A stretch of 64,000 nt of DNA from Sphyrna mokarran (taxonomy: Eukaryota): positions 22,258,001 to 22,322,000 of the forward strand of contig JAGIQG010000025.1 in the NCBI GenBank assembly GCA_024679065.1, read 5' to 3'. A model generated the notes under the pieces. The model did no database searches. It was not told the origin of the DNA and saw only the letters and a program-made list of their open reading frames with translations. The first letter of the stretch is position 1; each line of letters opens with the position of its first letter. This document shows, piece after piece, positions 41,810 to 54,650 of the stretch. A program made the position numbers and the translations under genes.

Positions 41810-42147
41810 GGACATAGGTATCGCTGACTGGACAGAATTTATTGCCCGTCTCCAGTTACCTCAGCGTAATTGAGAGTCAATCCATATTCTGTGGCTCTGA
41901 AGTCATATATAGGCCAGATCAGGTAGTCAGCAGATTTCCTTCCCAAAAGGACATTAGTAAACTAGATTGGTTTTTCTGATAATTGTCAGTGGTTTCATGG
42001 TCATCAGCCGATTCTGAATTTCAGATATTTTTTATTGAATTCAAATCTAGTCATCTGCTGTGTGGAATTTGCACGCAGATCCTCAGAACATTAGCTGAGT
42101 TTCTGGATTAATAGTCTCATGATAGTATCACTATGCCATCGTCTCCC
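41810..42147 (-). mobile_element. tRNA-derived SINE
   Basis: Same family as the 31280 and 42595 copies. Confidence 0.75.
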
Positions 42148-42594
42148 CTTATTGTTGTCCCCTTTTAACAAGCACCCAATATTCCTTTTTGTATACTTTG
42201 CCGTTATTGTTAGAGGATCTGTAGATTACTCCCACTAAATATTTATTTCCCTCACTATTCCTCATTCCCATACAAACTGATTCGATGTCCAAGTTATTAC
42301 TTTGAGGTTTTGCTTCTTAATTTTGCACCTAGCTTCTCATTCTGACTATGCCACTTTCTTTGTTTTGTCTATGTCATTGGTATGGAGCACGATGACTGGA
42401 TTCCACTCCCTTGCCTCACTGCAAATTCCTCTCCAGCCCCAAACAGATGTCCTGAACCCAGTTCTAGGCAGGAACACAGCCACTGGGACTCTCGCTCTTT
42501 GCTGCAGAGAGCAGTGTCTATTCCCCTCATTATACTATCCCTCACTACATTCCTGTTTCCTCCCCATGCTCGAACAGCTTCCTACATCAAGCAG

Positions 42595-42925
42595 AGGCAG
42601 TGGCATAGCTATATTATCAACCCAGAAACCCAGGATAATGCTCTGGGGATCTAGATTTGAATCCCACCATGGCAAATTGTGAAATTTGAGTTCAATAAAA
42701 ATTTGGATTCTAAGGGTGAGCATGAAACCATTGTCGGTTGTCATGAAAACCCATCTGGTTCACTGATATTGTTTAGGGAAGGAAATCTGCTATCCTTGCC
42801 CAGTCCATATGTGACTGCAGACCTGCAGCAATATGTTTGACTCTGAATTGACTAGCAAGTTCTCAATTCAAGGACAATTAGGGATGGGCAATAAATGCAG
42901 ACCCAGCCAGCCACGTCCACATCTC
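42595..42925 (+). mobile_element. tRNA-derived SINE, full length
   Basis: ggcagtggcatag head, tttgaatccc B-box-like motif, aaaacccatctggttcact core, caattagggatgggcaataaatg tail. Confidence 0.8.
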
Positions 42926-43129
42926 ATTAAAGTGAGGCCTGTGAAGTGAATGAGCAGTTGTAAAAACCTAATTAAAATGAAGGCATCTTTTAACATGAGA
43001 TTAAAATTGAAATCACCTTAAAACATAGCTGCAGATATATAAATTAAGCTTAAACTTCAACTTAAATCTTTAGCTTATACCCAAAATGCACAGATACAAA
43101 TATAAATTACTGAAAACTATATCTATTCC

Positions 43130-43445
43130 TAACAGGACATTTTCATTTGTAGGAGAATCTAAAAGTGGGAGTCTCTTCTAAAAAATAACGGATTATCTAT
43201 TTGAAACAGAGACATAGCAAAATTCTTTCTCTCAGGGAGTCATGAATCTTTGGAACTCTTTTCCAGGAAAGATTGTGGAAGTAGAGTTTTTGAATATTTT
43301 TAAGGCTGAGGTAGATTGATTCTGTAAGCAAGGGGGAATAATTTGTTATGGGGGTAGGTGGGATTCAAATCAGATCAACCATAATCTTATTAAATAGTGG
43401 AGCAGGCTCAAAGGGCTGAATAGCCTACTCTTACCCCTTGTCACA
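43130..43445 (+). mobile_element. CR1 3' end
   Basis: gaatctttggaactct...ttttaaggctgaggtagat...ggagcaggctcaaagggctgaatagcctactc. Confidence 0.75.
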
Positions 43446-44199
43446 AGTATATTTGTATGTATGTATGTGGAAATAACAAGAAAATTCAAGCTTGTTACAA
43501 GGAAAGAACTCATCAAATACTACATTCTATCCACTTTCCTGTATGCCTCAGAAACCTGGACAATAAATTTAAAAAAGTAGAGGCTTTAGAAATGTGAATT
43601 CTCAGACCTATACTAAAAATTCTATATACAGATAATAAGACAAATGAAGAAATACTTGAAATAGCAAGGACAAAAAGAACTCTTTAAAAAAAGTGACATC
43701 CAGAATAGAAAATGTCAGTATTTTGGCCATTTGATCAGACCTGAAAAGTTACAGAGATCTTTTCTAGTGAATAGCTGAATGAGGGATCAACCCAGGCATA
43801 GCTAGGTGACAAATGACACAGAATGGTTGCAGACCAGCTACAGTGAATTTGTGAAGATGATGTAAGGTAGACCGAATGTGGCATCCCATGACAGCAGCTC
43901 TCCTGGCAAGAGTAGCAACAAGCAGCAGCAGCAGGAATAAGAAAGGAGTGGACTTAGTGATTACAGAAGTGAAAATGAGCAGTTTAGTCACTGAACAGAA
44001 TATGAAATTTCAACCTTGGTCCAAACACCATTGGATTCAAAATGAACAAGCACTAGGGATCAGGATGGATTTGTTTGAAACTGAACAGAGAGGATTTTTT
44101 CATTCTTTTGTGGGACGTGGACATCACTGGCTACTAGGCCAACATTTATAACAATGTTAATGTGGAGAATGTTCTAATTCTCAACCACAGCTTAATATC

Positions 44200-44480
44200 A
44201 GGCAATCATTCCGAAATACCAACAGTTATGAATTTGAAGGCAGTGATGGAAAGGTAAAGATGAATATTTTTGAACAGAAATGATCTCAATTCTGATACAT
44301 AATATCACACAAAGGCAACATATAGATAAGGAAAAAGAGAAAAGCAGGGATGGAACTTTGGCTGTGCTAAAGATGGTAGTGGACAGAAGTGTAAAATCAT
44401 GATAAGACAGTGAACATGGGAGGATCATGGCAATGAGATGATGGAGACCACTCGAGATATTGATTCTGTCAATGGCCACA
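44200..44480 (-). mobile_element. Old L2 LINE RT fragment
   Basis: Reverse peptide FLIYMLPLCDI...IHLYLSI resembles L2 LIYMLPLGDII..DTQLYLS. Confidence 0.55.
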
Positions 44481-46279
44481 GAGTTGGGATGGATGGACTG
44501 ACGTCGTTTATAATTTGAGCAGGACTGCCTCAATATATTCAATGGTATGGAAAGCACATTAAGCAATTCGAACAGAGGAATAACGTCATTTTGGATGGAA
44601 GCAATACATTTAATTACTGCAATGGTTTTATTGTTTTCTCACATTCTGGAAATATAGGATTTTACCAAGTTAAAATTTATTTTCAATGTTGTAAAGATTG
44701 TCGAAAATTAACATGTGTTTGTGCACAATGGTAAAAATCCTAACGAGAAACAATTCTGCAACACACTAAGGATTCAGTATCCTGGCAGCACACTGAAAAC
44801 TTGAGACTATGCTACAGACCATTACTTTGCACCTAATTTACTAGTTGAGGTGCAGTTTAACTTCCAATGCATGAATGTGGAATTTGACCTATTCTACTTC
44901 ACTAGTGCTCTCTTTTTTTGCTCAAGTTTTGTTTGTCCAAAATGAGCAGCATTTGATACAAAGCATTAGTTTTAAATTAACTGGTGTAGTCAGGAAAGGG
45001 CAATGAATTAAAATTTCCTGAACTTACTTGAAAAGATTCCTTTAAACAGGTAACAAAGTATTATTCTTTAAGAAAAAAACCAAGTTGAACACTTTCATTA
45101 GGCTAAAAAATATTTTTATGTTGTTTTTCAAACAACAGTTCAGTAATCTGGGGAGAGTTCACAGTCAGGCATAGTGTTTCTGTAGTGGATAGTTGAAGAC
45201 TCAATATGTTTAAAATAAACGAACATAGCAACGGACAGGGTTTAATTAATACAATATTGTATCCTTTGATAGTAATTTCCCATAAGATACAAATCTCTCA
45301 CATAATTTTAGCACACTGATCCAGTCTGTATTTTCCACTTTCCACTCCAGTGCACTCAAACGCCATTCGTATCTCTTCTTAGCACATAACAGCCGAGCAG
45401 TGTGGTCACAGGGTTATCAGAATTTTGAAAGAAAACAGAAGAGGCAGACTGCAATGTTTGAGCAGCATTTGACAGCTTGTTTGAAAGCAACTCTATTGAT
45501 GTGTTTTTGTTATGTTTCATTTGAGTTAGTTGCACAACTGGAGAATAAATCGATTATCATTAGCATGAATGCTGAGTTCATGCTATCATTTTTAGTTTAG
45601 CAACATTTTCTTCTCATGCCTCTCACTGTGGCGCTGAGGAACCAGAGTTGATAAAACTGATTAGCAGTAAATTCACAACCATGTTACCCCATTCAATGAG
45701 TTCTTGATCTCAGTCAAATGTAGAAGAGAGAAAGCAACAGCAAAGGTGCAAGGTGTTTGTTCAAACAAAGAAGGTGGAAGGGGTCAAATCAGAAGGCAAG
45801 TCATCATATGGCAGGACTGGTGGAGAATGGGGTCAGGTTAATATGCTTGTTCCCTGTGCAGGGAAAGTAGTATGTTGCATATTTGAAAGGGACCAAGCAG
45901 CAAGAAAATGACAAAAAAAATTAAAAGTTGCTTAAAACCAATTTCCAACATTAAAACTAATGCAGAATTTTAAGTTTAAACCAAAAATGTGATCAGAAAA
46001 CAAGCTGTGGTTCTGAAACAGATTGACACGGCACTGTGGAATTGCATGCAGTACATTTGTTATACAAACTGACAATGATTGTGGAAAAAGACCTTCAAAA
46101 TCAGAAAGGAGAATTCTCCATCAGCAAGATAGCAGATGATACCACAAGTAGTCGTAGCATTTGCCACAGTTTGCAAATAATCATGTTGGTAAGGAACATA
46201 TAATATTTCCATTTCTTGATGGCTGGAGAGAGGTACTTTAACACTTGAAATGAAGAATATCACAGGCAAATGGGGAGCC

Positions 46280-46860
46280 TATGATGGATTGTGTCAGCAG
46301 CTCTCCTTCCATTTTCTTTGGAATGATGATTCCTTTTTCTTTATACAAGATGTCATCTTTGGTTGTCAGTTCATCTCTGTATGCCCAATATGCTTTTGTG
46401 CCACAGGCATGTCGTTTATGCTCTCAGTCCAAAAATTCATCATCACTTCTTGCAGCACTTAGAGAGTTGCATCTTGTTGGGTAGTTTGTTTGATGTGAGC
46501 AAGACACTTCTGTCAGATTCAATGGGCAGGATTTTACGGCCCACTTGAACAAGACTGGAAATTCCAGCCTGAGGTCAATGGACGTTTTTGTTGTCCACCC
46601 CTCATCTGATCTGTGGTGAGCAGGGCAGTAGAATTTTGCTGAATGTCTCTGCTGGGTTGATGACTCCAGAGCATGTTAAACTGTTGCCTCATGTTGAATC
46701 TCGAGGATTTCACCTTCTGTTGCAGCTGCCTAGCTTTCTTCATGGATGGTGCTGCTCTCAACAATACGTCAGTTATGCACATCTGTTTCTCTTGCTTGTA
46801 TGCCATGTCCAGGCATCTGTAAACGAAGTAACATTCTTTGTAGATGCTCTGTCAACAGTT
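46280..46860 (-). mobile_element. Gypsy/Ty3 LTR retrotransposon pol fragment (RNase H end to pre-integrase)
   Basis: LQRMLLRLQ, YKQEKQMCITDVLLRA (cf. YKPGK..ADALSR), IKQTTQQDATL*VLQEV, YWAYRDELTTKDDILYKEKGIIIPK. Confidence 0.8.
46524..46641. mobile_element. Harbinger-type MITE inserted in Gypsy pol
   Basis: gggcaggattttac...gtagaattttgctg TIRs with a 3-bp TSD aat on both sides. Confidence 0.7.
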
Positions 46861-47004
46861 TTACCTACAGATTAAAGTGCCTGCTTATGTTATCCTTGTT
46901 TATGAAACTGTTACCATTTCCATTTTGGTAGGGTAAGGATAGGTACTAATCCTTACTAGTTGTGTTATATATGTAATTTATCTCTATTCTGTTTCATCTG
47001 CCTC

Positions 47005-47470
47005 AATGATGGGCAGTGTATAGTAGTAAATTCTGGAGCACAGAAATGTTGCTTGTTCACCAATAAATTAAACATTGTTCTGACATTGATTCCGTTCACA
47101 CTAGTCAATTCCACAGTTCTATCTGGTGAATCTTGATGAACACTTACATAATGAACTATCCGTTTCAATTACACGTTGGCTACAACTCTGACTTGGTCTA
47201 AACTGGCACTCACTGATATTGGCATCACAGTCATTCCCAGAAAACAGGTTGGCATTCTCTTCACAGTCATTATTATGCATCTCATATTGGCGGCTTAAAA
47301 ATCCATCTGGACAAATGAAGCTAAAACCATTAATGAGATAATGGCAAGTTCCATCATAAAAACAGCAGGAACTCTGACACTCATCAATCTTTGAACACTG
47401 AGGTCCCATAAATAAACTGATGCAAAATAATGAATGAACAAACTCCATATCACATTCATCCACGATATTA
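47005..47470 (-). pseudogene. Degenerate intronless array of ~5 calcium-binding EGF-like repeats
   Basis: VDECD..FMGPQC; IDECQSSCCFYDGTCHYLINGFSFICPDGF; NNDCEENA..FSGNDC; NISECQFRP..CKCSSRFTR*NC; ID*CERNQCQNN..(frameshift)LVNKQHFCAPEFTTIHC. Contains stops, deletions and lost cysteines. Confidence 0.75.
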
Positions 47471-47956
47471 TTATAAATGAAATCAAACACAAGTAAGACA
47501 AACTATTCTAAATTTCTATTATGCTTTCTTCTTAAAGGACCAAATCATTCTTGAAGTCTGTGAATGGCATATTTGGAATTGAAGCATCTTCCATCATTCA
47601 CTAACCACAGGAGCTAGGTCAGTTCATAGGAGCAGGTACAAAGTGATGTAAATTACGTAAATTTAACTTATAGTAGATATAAAGTTTGATAAAAGCAACC
47701 TACTTATTTTATAAATAATGAGAAATGACTATTCCACATTGCATTTTAATAGCAAAAATATCAATGACAGCAATAACATAAAAAGAGCTTTGTACTATGT
47801 ACACAGGCCAACACAGAGATTGAAATTAGCTTTTTCATTTACTCTTCATGTCTGCTTTCATAAACCTTTGAACTAGTTTAAAGAGGTAGGTTTTAGTATC
47901 TGCATTCATTTCACTGTCTGCTGTAACACTTTGTAATGGTAAATTTTAGATATAAA

Positions 47957-50475
47957 GGGCGTGATTTTGAACCTGCACACTCAGTCAGTAGGAATGGCGG
48001 CAGGGGCTCATAATAAGAGCTGGCGAGGACTCGGGGACTTGCTCGGTTGGGTTGGGGATGGGACTCCCAGAATTGCCATTTTGGGAGAAGGGGTCACTTA
48101 GTGTCACTTGCAGGCCTTCTATACCCTTCGTGTCAGTGTGCCCCTTGCTCTAATGGAGTTGTGAAAGTTGATATGCAGGCAATGCTTCCCATGACCTCCT
48201 TCTGGGGTTCCTGTCCATATTGCAGCTGAGGGCGTGTCTTTCCTTATTGGGAGTTGGCAAGTGGGTGGGAGGGATATAGCACTGCCATTCCCGTACTCCA
48301 CAGAGATGAGGCACCGGGGTGAGCCTGCTGGTACCCCAAGCTTGCTGATATAAGCAGGAGGCTCTGTGGCTGAACAAATTGAAATTTAGTAACAAGAATC
48401 AGAACAAAATTGTTCTATATTCACCTGTGCCCACCAAATACTTATGGTTTCTTAACCTTCCTCACCCTCACTCCGTCTAGATGTATCCCCAAAATCAAAG
48501 CCAAGATTGAGGTAGCCTGCTGACTACTAAGTCCTTTTGTCTGAGGTTAATTTGGTGGGTACTTCCTGTGGAGCCAGGATCTTGAGGTCCAAGCCTGCTT
48601 TCAGGCAGCGCAGGTTTTGGACTGCTTCTCTCCTCGATGTAGAGATGCTGGCATTGGACTGGGGTAAACACAGTAAGAAGTCTGACATCAGCAGGTTTAA
48701 ATCCAACCGATTTATTTGATAGTAAACTCACTTGTGAGTTTACTATCAAATAAATCAGTTGGAATTAAACCTGGTGTTGTCAGACTTCTTACTGTGTCTC
48801 TCCTTGATGTCAGGGGCTGTAGATACGTTGCTCACAGGGAATAGAAGGGTGTCAGATAAACTGGTGATGCCCAGGGTCACCTGGCTGGAGGACCCCAGGC
48901 TGTATTCCTGCCAATCTTTTTCTCTTCGGGTTCCCACGGTTGGAAAGCCAGTTCAGAGAGATTCAGAAATGCTGACATCCTCTGGCACAGACATTTGTGG
49001 ATTGCTTGCAGTTGAAGCCCTGCATCACAGTGCAGACATCTCCTGCCATGGAGTGTGTGCCCTGCACCAAGGTTTCCACCATGGATGCCAACCTCATAGT
49101 GATGGCTTTATGCACTGAAGTGGCAGCACTATCTCCTCGAATAGAAGGCAATGAGATTCCTCCAATCAGCCTTGCACTTTAAGGAGGGTTGCTGTCATCC
49201 CTTCCTGAGTTTCATGACTCTGTCTTTGCATCTCCAGCAATTGTGGGATGGCCAAGTCCAGGGGTTTATCAACAGCTTGGGGTTCAGCAGGGTCCTGGGC
49301 TTTGGCATTCCTCCGAGTGCCGGTTCCCTGGGATGTCCCTGCCTCTGCCTGCTGTGGATTTTTAGCAGTTAAGTGCTCTGAGTGTTCCAGAAGCTTGCCT
49401 GCTTATTGCACCCATCAAGGTATTGGTATCTGCACTGGTGCTGGATGTGGGCGATAGTGTGATGTCTCTGCAACATGGGATTGAAGAAGTCTCTCTCTCT
49501 CTACGCTGCTGGAGTCCAGCCGAGGAGGGTCCAGCCTGTTCCAGTGGTCGGCCTTCAAGGGAAGGCACAGGGCATCAGTGCGTAACGTGGGACATGGAGG
49601 GAATATTGATTATGTACTTGAGACTTGATGAATGACAGCATTTGTATGGGGGATTCTCATGTTTCTTTGCTGCCTCCACTTCATGAGTAGCGCAGGCACA
49701 CTCTTCTTCCTCCTCAGCCAGCTCGAAGTCCTGTTCCTCGAAGCCTGTGAGGCTTCACAACTTGAGCAAGATTCCAAATGACTTGATCTTCTGACGCCTA
49801 CTGTATTTCACTGTGTCTTGCAATGAGATGGGTAAGGAGCACATAGGTGGAAATATAAACATTTAAGATGGTGATGAAGTTTAACAAGTGTGGGAATTGG
49901 GTGGGAGTGGAGTGTGAGGAACATAGCAGTTACTGGGGAAGTATGCTGATTGTGGGAGGGAAATCTGATGCCTGGTGTTGGCACGGGCAAAGAGTGAGAG
50001 AAAAAGTTGGGGATGCAAGGTGGGGGTCAGTGGAAGACTGGGGATGGTTCACTTATCCTGGCTGAGCAGAGAGTTATTCATCTTCTTCCAAGACTGCTGT
50101 CCCATCCTCTTCTGCAGTGCACTCACACTTGTCCAGACTGCCACTGCAGAATGGTCAATTGGCTGGATAGTTGTCTCCTGCTGTGAGGTTGTCTCTTCTT
50201 GCCTCTGTGCCACTCTGTTGAGCAGTCTGGTGAAAGTTGCCTCTATAAAGTGCGGTTTTGGCTTTATGGCTGCTATCTCCTTCAATTGTTGTGCAATGAG
50301 TGCTGGGAAGCTGTTTATATGGGCCTCTGCAGTACTTGCAGCTTAGTCATTGTGGGGTGGGCGAATCAGAGGGGAGCAGTATGAAACTTTTGTGAATAGA
50401 AATTAATACTGATGAGTAGTAAGATTTGGCTGAAACACCATCGTTTCATCATACACCCAACATAAGATTTCACCC
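47957..50475 (-). mobile_element. Non-autonomous PIF/Harbinger element with spliced Myb/SANT gene remnant
   Basis: TIR-like gggcgtgatttt / aagatttcaccc with aaa flanks; exon-like pieces KPKPHFIEATFTRLLNRV..VSALQKRMGQQSWKKMNNSL (50057-50285), LTGFEEQDFELAEE (~49660-49800), SPTSSTSADTNT (~49400-49460). Confidence 0.7.
48636..48797. mobile_element. PLE family A hairpin insertion
   Basis: Arms 48668-48731 and 48734-48797 with a 2-nt loop; TSD tctctcct(c/t)gatgt at 48627-48640 and 48797-48810. Confidence 0.85.
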
Positions 50476-50534
50476 AAAACATTTGAAACTCTCCAGAAGG
50501 TTTTCATGTTAAACTTTACTCAGTTTTAAAATGT

Positions 50535-51160
50535 TAAAGGCTAAATTATCTGAATGATGGCACTTTAGGAAAGTAGAAATACAACATGACCTGGGTGTCA
50601 TTGTAGAACTTTCACTGAAGGTTGGCATACAGTTACAGCAGCTATTGAGGAAAACTAATGGCATGGTAACATGCATAGCAAGAGGATTTTAGTATTGGAG
50701 TAAGGATGTCTTGTTGCAGTTATATAGGCCTTGGTGAAGCCATATCTTGAGTATTGCAAGTAGTTTTGGTCTCCTAGTCTGAGGAAGACATTCTTGCTAT
50801 TGAGGGAGCCCAGTGAAGGACTGGCATATGAGGAGAGATTGGATCAATTGGGCTTGTAGTCATTGGAAGAACCTCTCATAGATTTAAGAATAAGAGGTAA
50901 ATGATTCAGGTCTGAGATGAGAAAGAACCTCTTTATTCAGAGAGTTGTGAATCTGTAGAATTCTCTATCACAGAAAGCTGTTGGAGACAGTTCATTAGAT
51001 ACGTTCAGGAGAGAGCTGGATGTGGCCCTTGCAGTAAAAGGGATCAAAGGGTATGGAGAGAAAGCCAGGATGATACACTGAAAGTGCGTGATCAGCCATG
51101 ATCATATTGAATGGTAGCGCAGGTTTGAAGGGTCCTGCACATATTTTCTGTTTCTATGTT
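50535..51160 (+). mobile_element. CR1 LINE 3' fragment
   Basis: ggccttggtgaagccatatcttgagtattg (ALVKPYLEY), agagagttgtgaatctgt, gatcagccatgatcatattgaatgg. Confidence 0.85.
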
Positions 51161-51800
51161 TAAAACTTACAAATAGTTCACTGCCAGCGGTTCACCTGAT
51201 ACAAAAAGCCTCCTATCACTCCATTGGTTTAGTAGGTAAATGCACCATATACTGAACACTGAACCAGACAAGCCAGATGATAATTATGCTAATCAGTGTA
51301 AATACCATGGGCAGAATGGTTGTCACCTGTCAGTTGCAGGGTTTATGCCGGTTTTGCAGTATTGAAATGCAATCATTACTACCTGGCTTGCTACAGTCTT
51401 ATGACTTCTGTCATGAGAGAATGTCTGGCAGCAGCCATGTTACAGTTCAATAAAACAATTACATGAGCAAGACTGTAGCTTTTGAGTTTGTAATGGTAGG
51501 TAGAGTTGGACAGTACATTGAGAGCTGAAAAATCAGTTTCCCCATCATGGGACATGATGACAGGAACTTGTGGTCCCAAATATTGTGTTGAGATAATGGA
51601 AGTTGCTATTCCTGTGGAAAGCCATCAGGAAACCATTTTAAACCTCAGTCAGGGTTTAAATAAACACCCAACATGAATTCTTATCTTCCTCCAACCCCTT
51701 GCCTAAAATGATTGTCCTGCCAGTGAGATGTCATGCCAGCCCAGAACACATCCAAACCAACATACACAACTTGGGACTTAGTGTCTTGAATGCCTGGAGT

Positions 51801-51907
51801 TGATGGTGAGCAGGAGCTACAGGTGGAGTCTCTCAATGGAGCAGAGCTGCCTATGTAGTCTCTCGATGGAGCAGGAGCTGCACGTGGAGTCTCTTGACGG
51901 AGCAGGA
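51801..51907. repeat. ~30-31 bp tandem repeat, ~3.3 copies
   Basis: Unit gagcaggagctgcacgtggagtctctcgatg with variants. Confidence 0.8.
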
Positions 51908-54089
51908 ATCTCGAACAGCCAGTGCAGTACCCAGAAGCAGGTGTATGTCTGAAGCAAGTAATGATGTGCAACAAGAGTGTTTCTGCTCAAGGGCAGGTAT
52001 TACCTTTGTGGTCAGAACTGAAGCTGATGGGGAAACAGACCCATGGAATTGGAATGGCCAGGCATCTTCATAGAAACCTGACTAGAAGTCCTAGAGCTAT
52101 CTTACTGATACTGCTTTTCCCTTTGGATGTCAAAAGTCCGCTCCCTGATGCCTTGAGGCAAAAGACACCTGGAGAGAGTCATGTTATCCTATGCCTCTCT
52201 TGCAAAAATGAGATTAAGAAGTGCAGCTCCTGAGATTAATCCTTTGCTAGCTCTGTAAATTAAATACACTTCATGCTATGCTAATGAGTTTACAGACCTG
52301 AATGGTCCAGTGTTAAAGCACTGATGCTAGGCTGAATTAGTTGATCTGAGGACACTAGCAGCAGCAGCTTTACTTAATACATTTAGTGTGCCTGAACGAA
52401 GTGGAGGAAAACCTGCCAACGAAAAGAATCTAATAAATGGCACTTGGGCCAGTTTGGCAGAATGCTGCATCTAATTTCAAAGCCATAATGATTTCAATAG
52501 AAAAAGCGTAAAAAGGGGAAAGAAATTGGATGAAATAAAAAAGTTATCCTAAATCAGTCTCACTTCGTATAATTTTATGGGATCTTAAGGGATTTTGGTA
52601 TTCAATTGTTGACAATTAGAATGTGTTTTCCTCTGTCTTTCTTGCTCCTCTACCCCCCCTAAAAACAAAGTCTTGTTCCTTATTTTCTTGGCTTGCTCAT
52701 GTTTCCAACCATGAAAATGAGTGACTAATCAGTAAGGGACTCTTTGGGTGGCTCCCTGGTGAAACCTATCAACATGATTACAGACCAGATGCAGGGAATT
52801 TGAACCAGCTAATGTGGAAAAGCTGTTCAGTAGAAAATATTTGTAGGAATTAAGGACGAATAAGACAAAGTTAATTTAGACAAAGTTAATTTATCACAGA
52901 ACAACTGGAAATGGAAGGTGCGTTCTGCCTTTTAGCTTTACTGATTCTTAAGACCCAATTAAACAGCAACTTTATTAGTTTCGACTTCATAGTGATGCTA
53001 AAATTGTAATACAAATCCAGATTCAGACAAGGTAATCTCACAATAATGTGGTTTGACACTTTGGATCTATTGGAAACTCTTCAAACCTTCTTGGAATTAG
53101 TCGGTATTATAGTGCACAATCTCAAAAAATCTTCATTTAACTCAAGAGCTTTCTCCTTTTCTGGAGAATTTAAATTCCATACGGCCAGTGTAAATTGGCT
53201 TTAATCAAACTGCAATACAAATACAGTGTTGACATGAATTCAACTTCCCTTCTTTGGTGTATTGGTATTCAACAGATCAACCTGGCTTTAATCTTCCCTT
53301 GATACCTGAATAGTCTTTCCCTCTGTTTTGAGGCACTGCTTAGCAACTTGTGTCTATGTGTTTATGAAACAGCTTTAAAATGGCAAAGTATCTTTCACAG
53401 AGGTATAAAGAAAAGGAAGAGTTTAGCAGGGAGTGTCAATTAAGCTTAATTAAAGAGTGGGACACAGATGTGGTGAGATGGCCACAATAATTGGTTGGAA
53501 TGGGAGAGGAGCTCATTTGGTCAAAGATAGAATAGTGAAGAATATGTGGATGTAGGGGCAGAAAAGTTTAAGGAGAAGAAAATGTTTTCCTGTAACCCAC
53601 CAACCAACAACTTAAGTTTCCCTTCAATTCACAGATATGGAGGTGTTCTGCACGTATGATGCCCTATTCACCACTCGTCTTGACCTTTGTGCCTATTTGT
53701 CGTTTTGATCTAGGAAAAAAATGAGTTGTGAATTGTAAAAGGATATCTCAGTACGTCAAACACAGCTCTGGAATTGCCACAAATGGCAGTATTCACTGCA
53801 TATGTGAGATGGAATTATTACATAGAAGCTGGATTGGCAATGAGAATTTTATCAGAGTGTGGAGGAACAATGATCTCGCCAATAGATCCCAAGCAATAGC
53901 TCATTTAGAACGAAGAGGATTAAAAGATAAAATCATGAACCTTGTACACCCCAGGAAGAGCTGCAAATGAAGAATGTACTTGTAGGAAATTGGGCTACAA
54001 TATTGTCAAGCAGATTCACTAACTGCGATTTGAACATGGATCTCTTCTGGGATTTCAATTAACCATAAAAAGTGTACATGCTGAATAGT

Positions 54090-54650
54090 GCACAAAAATA
54101 CTTGTTGGATTTGTGTAAGAGTAACGACTCCCTGGTGGTGTGCGTAAGAGTAACGAGCTGCCCGGAGGTATGAGTAAGAGTAACGAGCTGCCCGGTGTGT
54201 ACAAGATAGGGTTAGTCATCATGATTGTCTGCATCCACGTATTCATGGGCTACCGAAGACATTTTACCTCCTACCCAGTCTTTCTTCATATGTCAGAATG
54301 CTATCGTGGGGATCAGTCTGGTGAACCTTCATTGGACTCGCCCAATACAAGAATGTCCTTGACATGCAGATTGAGAAGTCTGCCAATGGTTTCTCAATTA
54401 CTGTTTACCGTTGTGGTCAATATATATATTGGGATCCTTACAGTTCCAAGTGCTATAAAATTGGTTTGATTGACAACTTTATAAGTAGGGCCTAATAATT
54501 AGTTACTGAAATAGGGCACATCAAAGCTATGTTTCAAGATGATGTCTGTCCTGATCAGATCATAGCTCACTGTATATCACGGAAACCCATCAATGGACCT
54601 AAGGCTGCCTCTTGGAGTTGTGAAAAGTGCCCAGTCTAACTCAGATTATC
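54090..54650 (+). mobile_element. PLE family C RT remnant with internal 30-bp triplication
   Basis: LLDLCKSN/KSNELP, PRIHGLPKT, LDMQIEKSANGFSITVYR, GQYIYWDPYS, EIGHIKA; gaaatagggcacatcaaagctat matches the antisense copy at ~29245-29266. Confidence 0.75.

Larger units (their letters stand above)
38862..42290 (-). mobile_element. Long decayed CR1 LINE with nested insertions
   Basis: Reverse strand GLQLFIIYINDSDEG..CKFTYNTKVG and a CR1 3' end at ~38870; interrupted by a PLE (39908) and a SINE (41810). Confidence 0.75.

Noticed and set aside
53728-53990. ORF with GLKDKIMNLVH, weakly like the Gypsy pre-integrase region
   Set aside because: Too degenerate to support a call.
54115-54200. Regularly spaced ~30-bp repeats (also 51801-51907) as a CRISPR-like array
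   Set aside because: Head-to-tail tandem units with no unique spacers, in vertebrate DNA with no cas genes.
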